NCBI GenBank assembly: GCA_038087875.1
Contig: JAXLNO010005889.1
Span: 62,001-126,000, forward strand
Length of the DNA: 64,000 nucleotides
Source of the DNA: Malacoraja senta
Taxonomy: Eukaryota
Reading direction: 5' to 3'
Below, piece by piece: positions 49,568 through 61,174 of the stretch. A model generated the notes under the pieces. That model did not search any database. It saw only the letters and a list, made by a program, of their open reading frames with translations, and was not told the DNA's origin. Position numbers and translations under genes: made by a program. The number at the start of each line of letters is the position of its first letter. Positions within the stretch are counted from its first letter, which is position 1.

Positions 49568-52500
49568 AATCGAATTAGAAAAAAATAGCATTGTTTTATA
49601 AAAATATAGGGCAACATTTCCAATTACCAAGTGGTGAAATTCCCCCAAACATGGATTTGTTTTTAAATCATTTTCCTCTCAACATGTATTCTGCAGTTTC
49701 ATATTTGAATACGAAAGTTCTTAGGTTCAAAGAGATATTTTCAGTGGATATGTAAAAAAAAAGCACAAATTCCTAAAAAGAACATTGAATCTAGGTAAAT
49801 TGTGGAACATAATGCAGCTTTTTGACATGGCGTTTACACAACTAAGTCCTCAGTTCCTGAAGCCAAGCAGAGCTGGCAGTGATTCTTCAAAGCTGTTACA
49901 ATCTCCCACTGTTTTGCCCAATTTAGTACCAGGCAAATGGTTCAAAAGCTCTTTGCTGCGTTTTATTTTTCTGATTTGAAATATTTCAGGTGTTAATGAT
50001 AGTCATCAACATGTTTTCCTCAATTTAAATTGCTGCTTTGAAACACCTTCGTTTCTCATGATATGGCTCACTCTCTATCCACTTGGACTGTCATCTTTTC
50101 TGTTATTCCAAAACAGAAAAAATTGACTAAAGAAACAAAACTCTTCTGTTATTTCAAATTCAGGTATTCCCCTTTAAAGTCACATCTGCTAAAGCAATGC
50201 ATGCTTTCGCTAGTTAAACATTGGTTGCATTTGTCTTCTGAGTGACGCAATGTGTTTGTTCCTATCCATTTTCCTTAATCCTGCCATTCCTCCCCCCTGT
50301 CAGCATGGTGAAGCCCATTATAGATGAATATTTAAGTTGTTAGACACATAGAAGTGCTGCTCTGTTGCACAGCAGTGTAATCATTTACTAACCATCATTA
50401 ATTTCACATTGCAGCAAATTTAGGAAGTGTCATTAATTCAGTGGAATTATTTTGAATTTATGAGATGATATTGTATAAACTAAATAAAATATCATAAGCT
50501 TTCTGTGATTGATGGGTCTGTTGAAAGTTAGAACAATTTCCCTCTCATGCGATCTTCTTAATGGAGGAAGTATAGGATTGACATAAACAAAGAACTGTAC
50601 CTGAAAGTATCCTCAGGCCCAATTGGTAATCCAGTCTGTACTACGGTATGTCAGTGTCCCATTTCATTTTAGATGAGAACCATTTTTCAGTACTGTCTAA
50701 AGGCTACAAAGTTGTGAAAGCAACAGCAGCCCATCCTTAAGGTTAAGTAACAATTAACTCGTATTATGTAATGAAATCAAAGTGGACATGTTAATTACAC
50801 GTCTGAAAAACGCTTTGAAACAAAGCCAAACAGATGAACGATCATGACTCCGGTGCTATGACAGGAGTCAAGATAATGACAGATTTTTTTGTAATTTGCC
50901 TCCTACAATGAAACTGGTTTGTTACTAGCGCTGATTTTTTTGTTTAATTGCATGTGTGCCAACTGATAATTGCATGCTTTGTCTTTATATTTCATTTGTT
51001 CAATTGTACATCTTTACTGCCGGCACTGGAGATGTATGAGGTATCTGATAGTTTTGTGAAGAAGAATGAACTGTACAAATAAATGTACATGCGCCATTCT
51101 CTCCTTTGCTAGCTAACAAATGAACGAGTGCAATTAGTGTGAATCCAGCCAAATATCCTTTCAATACCAATAGATTCAACTTCTGGGTATTGTAAGCACT
51201 GTCCCTTCCCTGCTGGAAATTAATGACTGAACTCTAAGCATTGTGTTTGATCCAAACTTAGTCATAAAAGGTGATGCATAAATAGTTACATTTTCTTGAA
51301 ATTCTCAAAAGCTTTAAAATAACAAAAAGTGTGGTTCATAACACAGATCATTGGTTAGTAACCCTGATGTAATATGATTGGTAGGTCTCTCTCTAACAGG
51401 CCATTTTCTACTCTTGTTGCTTTTCTCTTCCCTTTAACATGCATTACCTGTTTCTGGAGTAAGGTTCAACAGGTGGCTGCTATTTAGTGTATTGACAGAG
51501 GGGCTTACCTTCATATATAAGTTGAGTGGTCTACTGGATGATAGAGCATAACAAGTTGATCTATTTGTATACCCACAAATGGGAGTTATATCGGCTATCC
51601 TTACCTTGTATTAATGGTGCAGGAACACCCTCAACGTGGCATTGGTAGTCTTAACATCATGTAGGCGTGCGAAATTGAGGCCACCTAACCTTTGGACATG
51701 GACTGATGTCCACATAGCTTCTTTATTTCACATGATAGGCCTCTTTTAATAGGGAAACAAGGGTACTTAGGTCAATCCATGGAACCAGTGTAATTCAGTC
51801 GTGTCCTGTTCTGTGTGCTGCATCTTTTGAGATTTCATTCTCATCTTTTTCACCAGTTACTTAGCTTCTGATCTGTACCCCTGAGGACAAGTATTAGTTA
51901 ATTTTCTGTATTCAGACCATTCCAGCCAAGTAGAGCACCAATCTATAAATCATGATGGTGTGTCCATATTAGCACTGTCCTCTTTCAGCTCCTTGTCTAA
52001 TGGAACGTCTCTGTGTGCTGCAAAGAAAAGAAATAGGAAAAGAACTGTTAGCAATTAATGTTAAGGTTGAGTATTGGCTGCTGTAAGCTCTTCAGAGTGT
52101 ATGAGCGCAAGGCTTCAATGAGAGAGAGAAAAGACAGCCAAGGCAGCATTTCCTCCAATGCACCAGGTTCATCACCGTGTCCCATTTCCCAATTAGGGAG
52201 AAGTAACAAATAGAGATTTTCATATTGTTGTGTGCAGCTTTTTTATACTTTCAAGCTGCTAATGAAAGGAATGAAGAGAGACATGGGTTGCTGATTAGTG
52301 AAAATGTTTTGGGAAAATGCATCTCAAAGTACATTCATGCTGTTGGGGTGCAAAAGAATGACAGAGATATCAATACCCACCTCACCAACATTGAAAACTG
52401 CGGTTGGTTTTCCCAGCACTGGTCAAGCAGCAGCATTCAGCTTCTACTATTCTATCAGGAAATATAAGAGTATTCTGGTGAGAAGCGTATAAAGAGACCA

Positions 52501-53540
52501 TGAGAGGTTAAATCAATATGTGAAGATAAATGAATGCGGTTTCATTGACAAAGTGAAATTAGAAGAAGTTACATCAAGGAATAAGGATGCAGCAGAAAAA
52601 CTAAACAAATGTTTTATGTAAGTCTTCTTGGAAGACACAATAAACCTCCTAGGAATTGTGAAGGACAGTCTTTTTTTTAAAGAAGAGCTGATGGAAAGTA
52701 GCATTTGTCAAAAAATGGTATTGGAAAAATTAATAAGGCTGGAGCTTAATAAATCTCCAGAACTTGAGACCTGAGAAAGAGGTGACAATGGAGTTAATGG
52801 AATCAGTGGTTATCATTTCTGCAGATTCTGAAACAGTGCATAAAGATTAAAAGATAGCAAATTAAACCCCATAATCAAAGAGAGGAAATAAAATTAATGG
52901 AGAATCATTGACCACAGAGCCTTACGTCATTTGTACGGACCATGTAAGGAACAATATATTGTTTTGAAATGTTAAGAATGCAATTAGAAAATCATAGAAT
53001 ATTCAGAGTCAGCATGGAGTTATGAAAGGAAAATCAACTTGACAAATCTGTTAGAATTTATCTGATTTGTAATTTATGGAATAGATACAGGAGAATCTGT
53101 AGATGTGGTGTATTTGTACCTTTAGAAAGCCTTCAACACGATGTCACAAATAACATTACTTAACAACTAGAACTCATGGAACCGGAGTATTTTCTTGTAT
53201 GGAAGGGTTGGCTGTTGAAGAGAAAACCAAGGATTGGGATAAACAAATCATTTTCATATTGGCTGTGATTAGTGTGGAGGGGGGGGGGCTGCAGGGATTA
53301 GTGCTGAGGCCTCTGCTGCTCAAAACTGGGTCAGTGAATTGGATATAAGGATCATGCTTAATATATCTGAGTTGTCTGTTAGTACTGAGCCAGGTGCTGG
53401 TATAGGTTTTAAGAAGGATGCAGAGATGCTTCAGGGAGATACAAAGATGCTAAGTGACTGGACAAGGAAATGGCAGATAGAATACAGTGTGGGAAACGTG
53501 AGGTTATCCATTTTGGTAAATAAATAGAAAAGTATACTTT

Positions 53541-54162
53541 TGTTAAATGGGAAGAGATTGTGTTGCTGCCTTACAGCTCGAGGGACCCGGGTTCGATCCT
53601 GACTATGGGCGCTGTCTGTATGGAGTTTGTACGTTCTTCTGTGACTGTGTGGGGTTTCTCCAGGTGCTCTGGTTTCCTCCCACACTCCAAACATGTACAG
53701 GTTTGTAGGTTAATTGGCTTTGGTAAAATTACAAATTGTCCCTAGTATATAGGATGTTGCTGGTGTCAAGATTCAAGATTCAAGATATTTTATTTGTCAC
53801 ATTCACATACACCCGGGTGTAGTGAAGTGAAATGCTTTTTGCCATTATCAGCACACAAAAACGAGAAGAGAATACCGACACAACACCAAGATAGTCTTAA
53901 CACTGAACATCCCCCCACAATGGCTCCCACCATGAGGGAAGGCACAAAGTCCAGTCCCCAACCCCAGTTCACCCATAGTCGGGCCCATTGAGGCCTCCAC
54001 AGTTGCCTCTACGGAGGCCCGATGTTCCAGGCCGTTCTGGCCGGGTGATGTTGTTCCGGCATCGGGAGAGTCCTCCCAGCGGCCTGTACAGGGTGATCGC
54101 TATTTGGCGGCGACTCCGTGGACCGAAGGGCCTGTTTCCACACTGTTTGTCTAAAGTCTAAA
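53541..54162 (+). mobile_element. HE1-like SINE inside the LINE, itself split by a minus-strand retroelement (53767-54084)
   Basis: SINE 53541-53766 resumes at 54085 with TGT duplicated. The insert has a (tcttgaa)n tail on the minus strand. AGATTG flanks the SINE on both sides. Confidence 0.82.
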
Positions 54163-54296
54163 GATTGAACGATGTTGGCAATTTGAGATACTTGAGTCTC
54201 CATGTACATCACTGACGTTAACATGCAGACATAGTAAGCAACCTGGAACTCAGATGATATGTTCTTTAAGGCATGCGGATTTGAGCACAAGAGTAA

Positions 54297-54409
54297 GTCA
54301 GAAAGAACTGCAGATGCTGGTTTAAATCAAAGGTAGACACAAATTGCTGGAGTAACTCAGCGGGCCAGGCAGCACCTCTGGAGAGATGGAATGCGTGACG
54401 TTTCGAGTC
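54297..54409 (-). mobile_element. PLE-like repeat fragment with exact 14-bp TSD
   Basis: GAGCACAAGAGTAA at 54283-96 and 54410-23. Confidence 0.85.
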
Positions 54410-55623
54410 GAGCACAAGAGTAAAATGTTCTAATGCAAATATATCAGCCCCTTATGAGACGGCTCTTTGAATATCATTTACACATCTGGTCTCCTTACCT
54501 GAGAACTGATGTACTCGCACAAGAGGCGATTCAACAAAGGCTCACAAAGTTGATTTCTGGAATGGTAGGCGTTATCCCAAGGAGGAATAAATAGACTGGC
54601 CTGTACTCTCCAGAGTTTAGAAGAATAAGAGATGATCCTATTGTACACATTTCCTTTCGACTTTGTAAGATAGATGCTGGGATAGTGCGGTGTCCAGAAA
54701 CAAGGGTCAGAATCTCAAAAGGCTCGGAGCTTCCAGACTGAAAGGACACTGAATCTCTTCATCCAGAATTTAGTCAATCCTTTCAATTATCTACATAAAA
54801 GAGCAGTGAAAGCTTAGTCACTGACTGTATCGAGGCACAGATTGGTAGATTCAGGCATATTGGGGAAATCAAAGGATTTTTGATTACTGCTGGAAGGTAG
54901 CACTGAAGTAAAAGATCAGCCATGGTCTTGTTGAACGATGGAGGAGACACAAAAGGTCAAATAGCTATTCCTGCATTGACCATTTGATACAGTAAGTCTC
55001 TGAGAGAACATTAAATGGCATCGGAGATGTTTGATTTTCCGTCTCGGGGCAGGTTGCCATGAGAATTTAGTCATAGTGACAACATATCCTTCGATGTGCC
55101 CATTGATCACATCCTGGCTGCACATATTTAATTCAGGCCTTGAAGATAGAACTTCAATACATTCCCTTCCCCACATGCAGCCATTTATCAGTTCCTCATT
55201 AATTAGTACATTTGACCCCATAAAAGATTGCTTTCGGCATGATTTATCATGAACAGTGCCCGAGATGTTGTGATGCTGTAACCTGAAGCCATTTTGCCAT
55301 AAATTCACATTTCTGTTCTGAGCAAGAGAAAATGTAGAAAAAGAAAGTCACCTCTGATTAAGCCATTTATCTGTTCAATTCATCTATCCTTTATTGACGG
55401 GGTACTAATTGTGCCCTGCAGCAGCAGGAACAAGACATTTTGTAACCATATAGTCAATAAATTGGAAGGGGACATATTTAATACCAATAAATAGATGCTT
55501 TGCAGCAGGACGAGAGATATTTTCTTTGTGAACCTACCGCTGGGAAAGTCAGCAGTCAAAGCCCAGAGCATCTTGGAAGAGTCACAATCAAGAAGAAGTA
55601 GTTACAATATAGTCACTTAAAAT

Positions 55624-55931
55624 GGCACAGTGGCGCAGTGGTAGAGATGCCACCTTACAGCGCCAGAGACCTGGGTTCGATCCTGACTACGAGTGCTGTC
55701 TGTACAGGGTTTGTATGTTCTCCCTGTGACTGCATGGGTTTTCTCTGAGAACTTCGGTTTCCTCCCACACTCCAAAGATGTACAGGTTTGTAGGTTAGTT
55801 GGCTTCTGAAAATTCTAAATTGTCCATAGTGTTTAGGATAGTGTTAGTGTATGGGGTGATCGCTAATCGGCGCAGACTTGATGGGCCGAAGGGCCTGTTT
55901 CCACTCTGTATCTCTAAAGTCTAAAATCTAA
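55624..55931 (+). mobile_element. HE1-like V-SINE, full length
   Basis: ggcacagtggcgcagtggtagag...gggttcgatcc head and (gtctaaa) tail. Confidence 0.88.
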
Positions 55932-56896
55932 CTGAGGTACATATACATTTCTTCCCTCAGCCGGAAGAGAATTTCCCGAATTCTCTGCCCCCCGGGGATA
56001 GTGATCATTAAAAATATTTAAGTTGGAGATCGATGAATATTTGATACATCAAGCAGTTGAGGGCCACGGGAACTGATACTGTTGAAGAGTTGAGGGCAGC
56101 ATGGATTAGACATGATGATATTGAGTGGCAGAGCAGGCTTCAGATGCCTAATGGCCTACTCCTGCTTCTATTTTCTTATGTTCTCAAGCTTCTAATCAGA
56201 TCTTGCATGAGGAATTCAGCTAGTTTTAGAGTTAGGGTCAGCTAACTGGCTTGGGGTTATAAGAGGACAGAGAGCCATGGATGGTGGGAGATTGTGGAGG
56301 GTCAGGATTGGAAAGGTAAGTTCAGTGCCAGTAGGTTGGCAGAGGGGTTGATATGCAAGTGGGAGGAACGTTGCCTGCCAGGAATGGTGAAGTGATGGGG
56401 TGGAGCTTGGCTATCCAGTTAGACAGCTTAGTTCCTGGGAGAGGTTCAATGCAATCTGCCATGGATCAGTAGTCAGCAAGTGGTTGGTCAAACTAATGGA
56501 AGATCATATCTACTCCATGTGACAACATCTTCTGGACCAGTTCCTGCCTTGAAGCTGAAATTGCTCATCCAAGAAATGACTTTTATATGACATTTGGACA
56601 GATATATGGATAGAAAGGGTTTAGAGGAATATGCACCAAATGCAAGCAAAAGGGACTCGCCCAAAATGCCAACCTGGTCAGCATAGACAACGTGGGACAA
56701 AAGGCCTGTTTCTGTGCTGTACAGCTCTATGACTCTGTGAGTCAATACACCAGAGTGGGCATTGGTGTTCAGGTCAGGTGTTAGTGTGTTCCCAGTTGCA
56801 GTTGGAGCTTCAGCTTGTCGATCAGTACATGAAGGTCATAAGATTAGATGTTGTTGGGTGTAGTTCTTGAGAGAACTGGATTTTAGAGTGTCTATA

Positions 56897-57827
56897 GGGC
56901 CTGTCCCACTTAAGCGACCTCTTAGGCAAGTTTAGGAGACTGCACTCGCCACATGGTCGCAGGTGGTCTCCTTCATGGTCGAGAGGAGTTCCCGCATTCT
57001 GGCAACTAGTCACGGCCTCAGTATGGTCGCAGCAAATTTTACAACATGTTGAAACATTTTCTGCGACCAAAAATTGGTCGCCATGGAGAAAATCGATAAT
57101 TTTGAAGTCGTAGGTGCAGTGGTAGTGAGGTCGCCATGTCGTTGTAGGTAGACGTAGGTAGTTTTAGTTAATCGCCTTTGCTGACCGGGCATTTTCATTG
57201 GCTCATTGGGGGAAAAAAACGTAAGCACGAGTTTTCAGTACCAAGGAAAACCGACCGGTAATGTTAAATGCCTGCTAAACTTCACAGCTGTGTATCTTTG
57301 GCTTATTAAAAGTTGTCTGGCTTCTTAAAAGTGTTTCCACCCCTTCTCCCCCCCCTACTCCCCCCCCCCTTCTCCACCCCCCCTTTCTCCCCCCCTTTCT
57401 CTTCCCCCCCACCTTCTCCCCCCCCACCTTCTCCCCCCCACCTTCTCACCCCCCCACCTTCTCCCCCCCACCTTCTCCCCCCCCCACCTTCTCCCCCCCC
57501 ACCTTCTCCCCCCCCACCTTCTCCCCCCCCACCTTCTCCCCCCCCACCTTCTCCCCCCCACCTTCTCCCCCCCCACCTTCTCCCCCCCACCTTCTTCCCC
57601 CCCCACCTTCTCCCCCCCCACCTTCTCTCCCCCCCACCTTCTCTCCCCCCCCCACCTTCTCCCCCCCCCCACCTTCTCACCCCCCCTTCTCCCCCACTCT
57701 TCTCCCCCCCTTGTGTGTGTGTGTGTTCCGCTCTGACGGTCGTTCCAGCTCGCAGTTTTTCACGCGTGCCCCCGAGCTTGAAGGTCGCAGACAGTCTGCT
57801 GAAAAGTCGCATAAGTGGGACAGGCGC
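56897..57827. mobile_element. MITE (PIF/Harbinger-like), related to 39787-40337
   Basis: TIR GGGCCTGTCCCACTTAAGCGAC versus GCGCCTGTCCCACTTATGCGAC. Left ~230 bp is similar to the 39.8-kb element (ggcctcag, tgttgaaa, ggtcgccatgga). Confidence 0.85.
57338..57712. repeat. C-rich minisatellite (C7-8ACCTTCT)n inside the MITE
   Basis: About 20 or more units of 14-15 bp; almost pure pyrimidine on the + strand. Confidence 0.95.
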
Positions 57828-59397
57828 TTAAGGGAGAGCTGTTCATAAAGCCAGGTTTTCAAAGCCCATCTGAAATCTGCTCGGACATATTAGGCCATAA
57901 GATATAGGAGCAGAATTAGGCCATTCAGCCCATTGGATGCCACTGCACCCATCAGGCTCCTCCTTGTGTTGAGCCATCAGGTGCCCAATGGATCTGAAAA
58001 ACAACAGTAGACTTAGTGATCAATGTGGAAAATTAGTGACCTACGTGATTAAGTGTCGATTTCATATTCTGTTTTGTTTTTCATTAAATTTGAACATCAC
58101 TATGCAGAAGCAAAGTGATGTACTATACGTAGATAGTGATACAAGAAATCCATTCATTGAAACTAAATTAAATGACAGAATATTCATTAATCTGTGTAAA
58201 ATAAAAACATTTTTGGCATGTGAAAACAGGAATTTCTTATACAATTGTAGTCATTCTCACTGTAGGTCTAATTTTTCCCTCACTTTATTTAGATTTCTCA
58301 TCCCCATTTTGAAGTTTCCTTCACTATTCCTCAATAAGAAAGAAGGGGGGAGAATGTGCTCTTTAATAAGCTGCACTGAAAGATAATGTTTTGCTTCCCA
58401 TGGATGTAATTACAGTATCTGCCACATTGATATACAATCTCTCTGGACCTATGCCAGTGAGCAATGAAGTTTTTACCCAGTTTAGCAGCCACAGGTTTAA
58501 ACTGGAGTTAACTTTTGCAGAGACTGCAGTGGAAAATTACTTCATTGAGAAGTCAGGGAGTTGGTATGCAGTTTACCATTTTCCTTGACAGATTTGTGCT
58601 GGAGGATTGAAGGAGCAGGTTGTGAAAGTCCCATTAATATAGGATAGCAGGTGCTATCCAGAGGCTTGTCTCTCATGATAGAGTGGAAGCAACCCTACAT
58701 TGCTTCTACATGGTGAAACATGAATCTTCCAGCTCAGATGCTGAATGATTACTTGCCCTCGGCACTGTCATCCCTCACCTTGAAAAGCACACTCAAGAAT
58801 GTTAGAGTATATCCTCCTTTTGGACACCTACAGAAATTAAATGAAGTTTAATTTGAGGTGTTTGTAGGAATACTAATAATTGGGAACGGTGAGGATGTTC
58901 ATCAAGTAAGCTAAAAGCCCAATTGAGCGAATAATGAGGTGAGTAGGGGACATGCACATGAGATGACTTTTGACCATTTTTGTAGGGTCATGTTAAACAC
59001 TTATGTAAAATGCTCAGTGAAGAATGTGGGGCCATAAAGTGTTACTCTCCTCATCCCCATTCCCATCTCCTGCTTAAGCCATTGGAAGTGGGCAATGGGG
59101 ACTCGAGCTTCTCACTTTTAGTCACTTCTTGCAGGTCTGTATAGTTAGTTACTAAAGTCCAAACTTCACGAATATCTTCTGAGTGAAAGCGAAACAACCA
59201 ATATTATCCAGTTTTTCTTTCACAGACCCCTGACATTTTAAAGGCAAACTTTGGCCCACAATGTGGGCAAAGCATTGAGAAACATTTAAATCCATTTATG
59301 ATAAATTATCTATTCATGATATATTATCTATTGGGTAAAACTCGTGAGAAACTAGGTTTGATAAGATGAAAATAGTACACTTAAATTAAATTAAATA

Positions 59398-59660
59398 GGC
59401 CTAGATAGGGTGGAAATGGGAGGATTTTCCAGTAGTGGGAGAGTCTAGGACCAGAGGGCACAGCCTCAAAATAAAAGGACATCACTTTAGAATGGAGATG
59501 ACGAGGAATTTCTTTAGCCAAAGGGTGGTAAATCTGTGGAATTCATTGCCACAGACAACAGTGGTGGCCGTAAATGGATTTGTATATGTGGTTAAGAGAG
59601 AAAATGATCGAATGGTGGAGCCGAATGGTCTTATTCTGCTCCTATGTCTTAAAGTCTTAA
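59398..59660 (+). mobile_element. CR1/HER1-type LINE 3' fragment
   Basis: GESRTRGHSLKIKG..FRMEMTRNFFSQRVVNLWNSLPQ. Confidence 0.82.
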
Positions 59661-60084
59661 ACAAAAACAAATGTGGCGTAAATCGAACAGATTAAGGTTC
59701 CATTGAATACTCAATGTCGCCTGTAACTAAACCCAGTTATGATTCTGATGCTGATGAGGTTGAACTTGGATAAATAAACGCCTGATCCTAAAAGAAATAT
59801 AAATACCGTTTTGCATGCAGAGGAAAGGGGAGTGTGGAAATAAACGTTTGTTGTTATTTGTACAACACTTTGATGCTTAGTAAGTTTAAAAATTAGTACT
59901 GCTACGAAGAATCCATCTGTCGGTCCCATTCAAGATTTGAATAGTCCAGATGCAGAGCAGAACAATCATGTCACTGCCTCAATCTACCCCTTATTTTTCA
60001 TAGATTTCATAGTTTTGGTGCTGCTGGGTCAAGGTACATAAGACATTGACATTCCCTAATTGCTCTTCCTCAGACTATGACAGC

Positions 60085-60224
60085 AACTTCTTCTTGCGTA
60101 TGGCGTGCACAGCCTAAAGTTGTAGGACAACTTGTTCTATTTGATCTTATTTGATTGTGCACGCCATGTAGATTGCATTCGTCGAAACAGGGCAGACCAC
60201 ATGAAGGTTGCAATCTCCCACGCC
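60085..60224 (-). mobile_element. 140-bp non-autonomous retroelement with 5' HDV-like ribozyme and (AAG)n tail
   Basis: Exact 11-bp direct repeat ACTATGACAGC at 60074-60084 and 60225-60235. Minus strand ends GCAAGAAGAAG(TT). Internal 12-bp and 7-bp perfect stems. Confidence 0.85.
60171..60224 (-). ncRNA. HDV-like self-cleaving ribozyme motif (slightly decayed copy)
   Basis: GGCGTGG(P1)-GA-GATTGCA(P2)-ACC(P3)-TTCATGT(L3)-GGT(P3')-CTGCCCT(P1')-G-TTTCGA(mini P4)-CGAA(J4/2)-TGCAATC(P2'). Order and motifs match the nested double pseudoknot. Confidence 0.8.
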
Positions 60225-60999
60225 ACTATGACAGCTAATATAGTAATGTGTAAAAGAGTTTTGCACTGCTTGGTGTAATTATTCATCTGGGTTCATTCAT
60301 GTTTGGAAATATTCATGCTAACAGATCTTACAGTTTTAAAGAGGAACTGTTCACCTCATTATCCGTGGTTGCTCTCAGTCCTATTGGGTGAAAAGAACAA
60401 TTGGTTACCAATGCCAGCAAATAAACCCTATTAAACACAATCCTTAAATGATAAATCACATGTTTTTCAGGACATGATTTTCTTTGACGTAGTACCGGTA
60501 ATCCCATTAGTTACAGATTGTATTTTTCCTTCATTGCCTTCACCCAGGCGACCTAAAAGAGATATGATATCTTAAGGATTCATTAACATCGCAATTGGAC
60601 TACTTGCTAAAGGCTTATGACAATTTACAACCTAAAATAAGTCTTAAATGATTGAGCAAGAATTAATGTCACTTTTGACAGCCATGTTTTAAATGGCAAA
60701 CAGAATATTTCCTCTAAATATATTCTGTGCAAGATATATGCTTGATTAAATGTGTTGCACAGAAAATATTTAATACAGGTGAGTTTTCTGCTGTTTGTCC
60801 TGTCCCATATTTTATTTATTTTAATTATTAATACTTTTTTTCTACATTGTGTCTAACAATAATGCAGCTGATATTTCAACTCCATAATTCTCCTGTTTAT
60901 TAACAAATCTACCTTTCAAGTTGCCTGTTTTGATGTATTTGCATTTTTACATACTAGTATAAGGGGAGGCCACTAGACATTGATAGATTAGATGCAATT

Positions 61000-61174
61000 C
61001 CACCTTCCATCACAGTGAGGAATGTGGAGGAGTTACTGTGGTGGATGTTTATGTTAAAATGTATTTTGTGTGTTTTGTTGCTTTTTATTTGTTTGACTGA
61101 CTTGGCAAATGAAATTCCTCGTGTGTTGCAAAACATACTTGGCTAATAAAATATTATTGTGATTGTGATTGTGA
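61000..61174 (+). mobile_element. 5'-truncated retroelement 3' end with (TTGTGA)n tail
   Basis: Homologous to the reverse complement of 23485-23630. Confidence 0.75.

Larger units (their letters stand above)
52560..54980 (+). mobile_element. Long degenerate CR1-type LINE (RT to 3' UTR) carrying nested insertions
   Basis: Remnants of NKSP, SQHG.MKGKS.LTNLLEF, VDVVYL...KAF, LQGLVLRPLL, W.RKWQIEY and a 3' UTR near 54850-54980. Confidence 0.8.

Noticed and set aside
51989-52065. Possible extra exon after tctttcAG (SLSNGTSLCAAKKRNRKRTVSN*)
   Set aside because: No homology support and no convincing donor.
57306-57831. Extensin-like SPPPP and Gly-rich ORFs
   Set aside because: They are translations of the C-rich minisatellite inside a MITE and are open in several frames on both strands.
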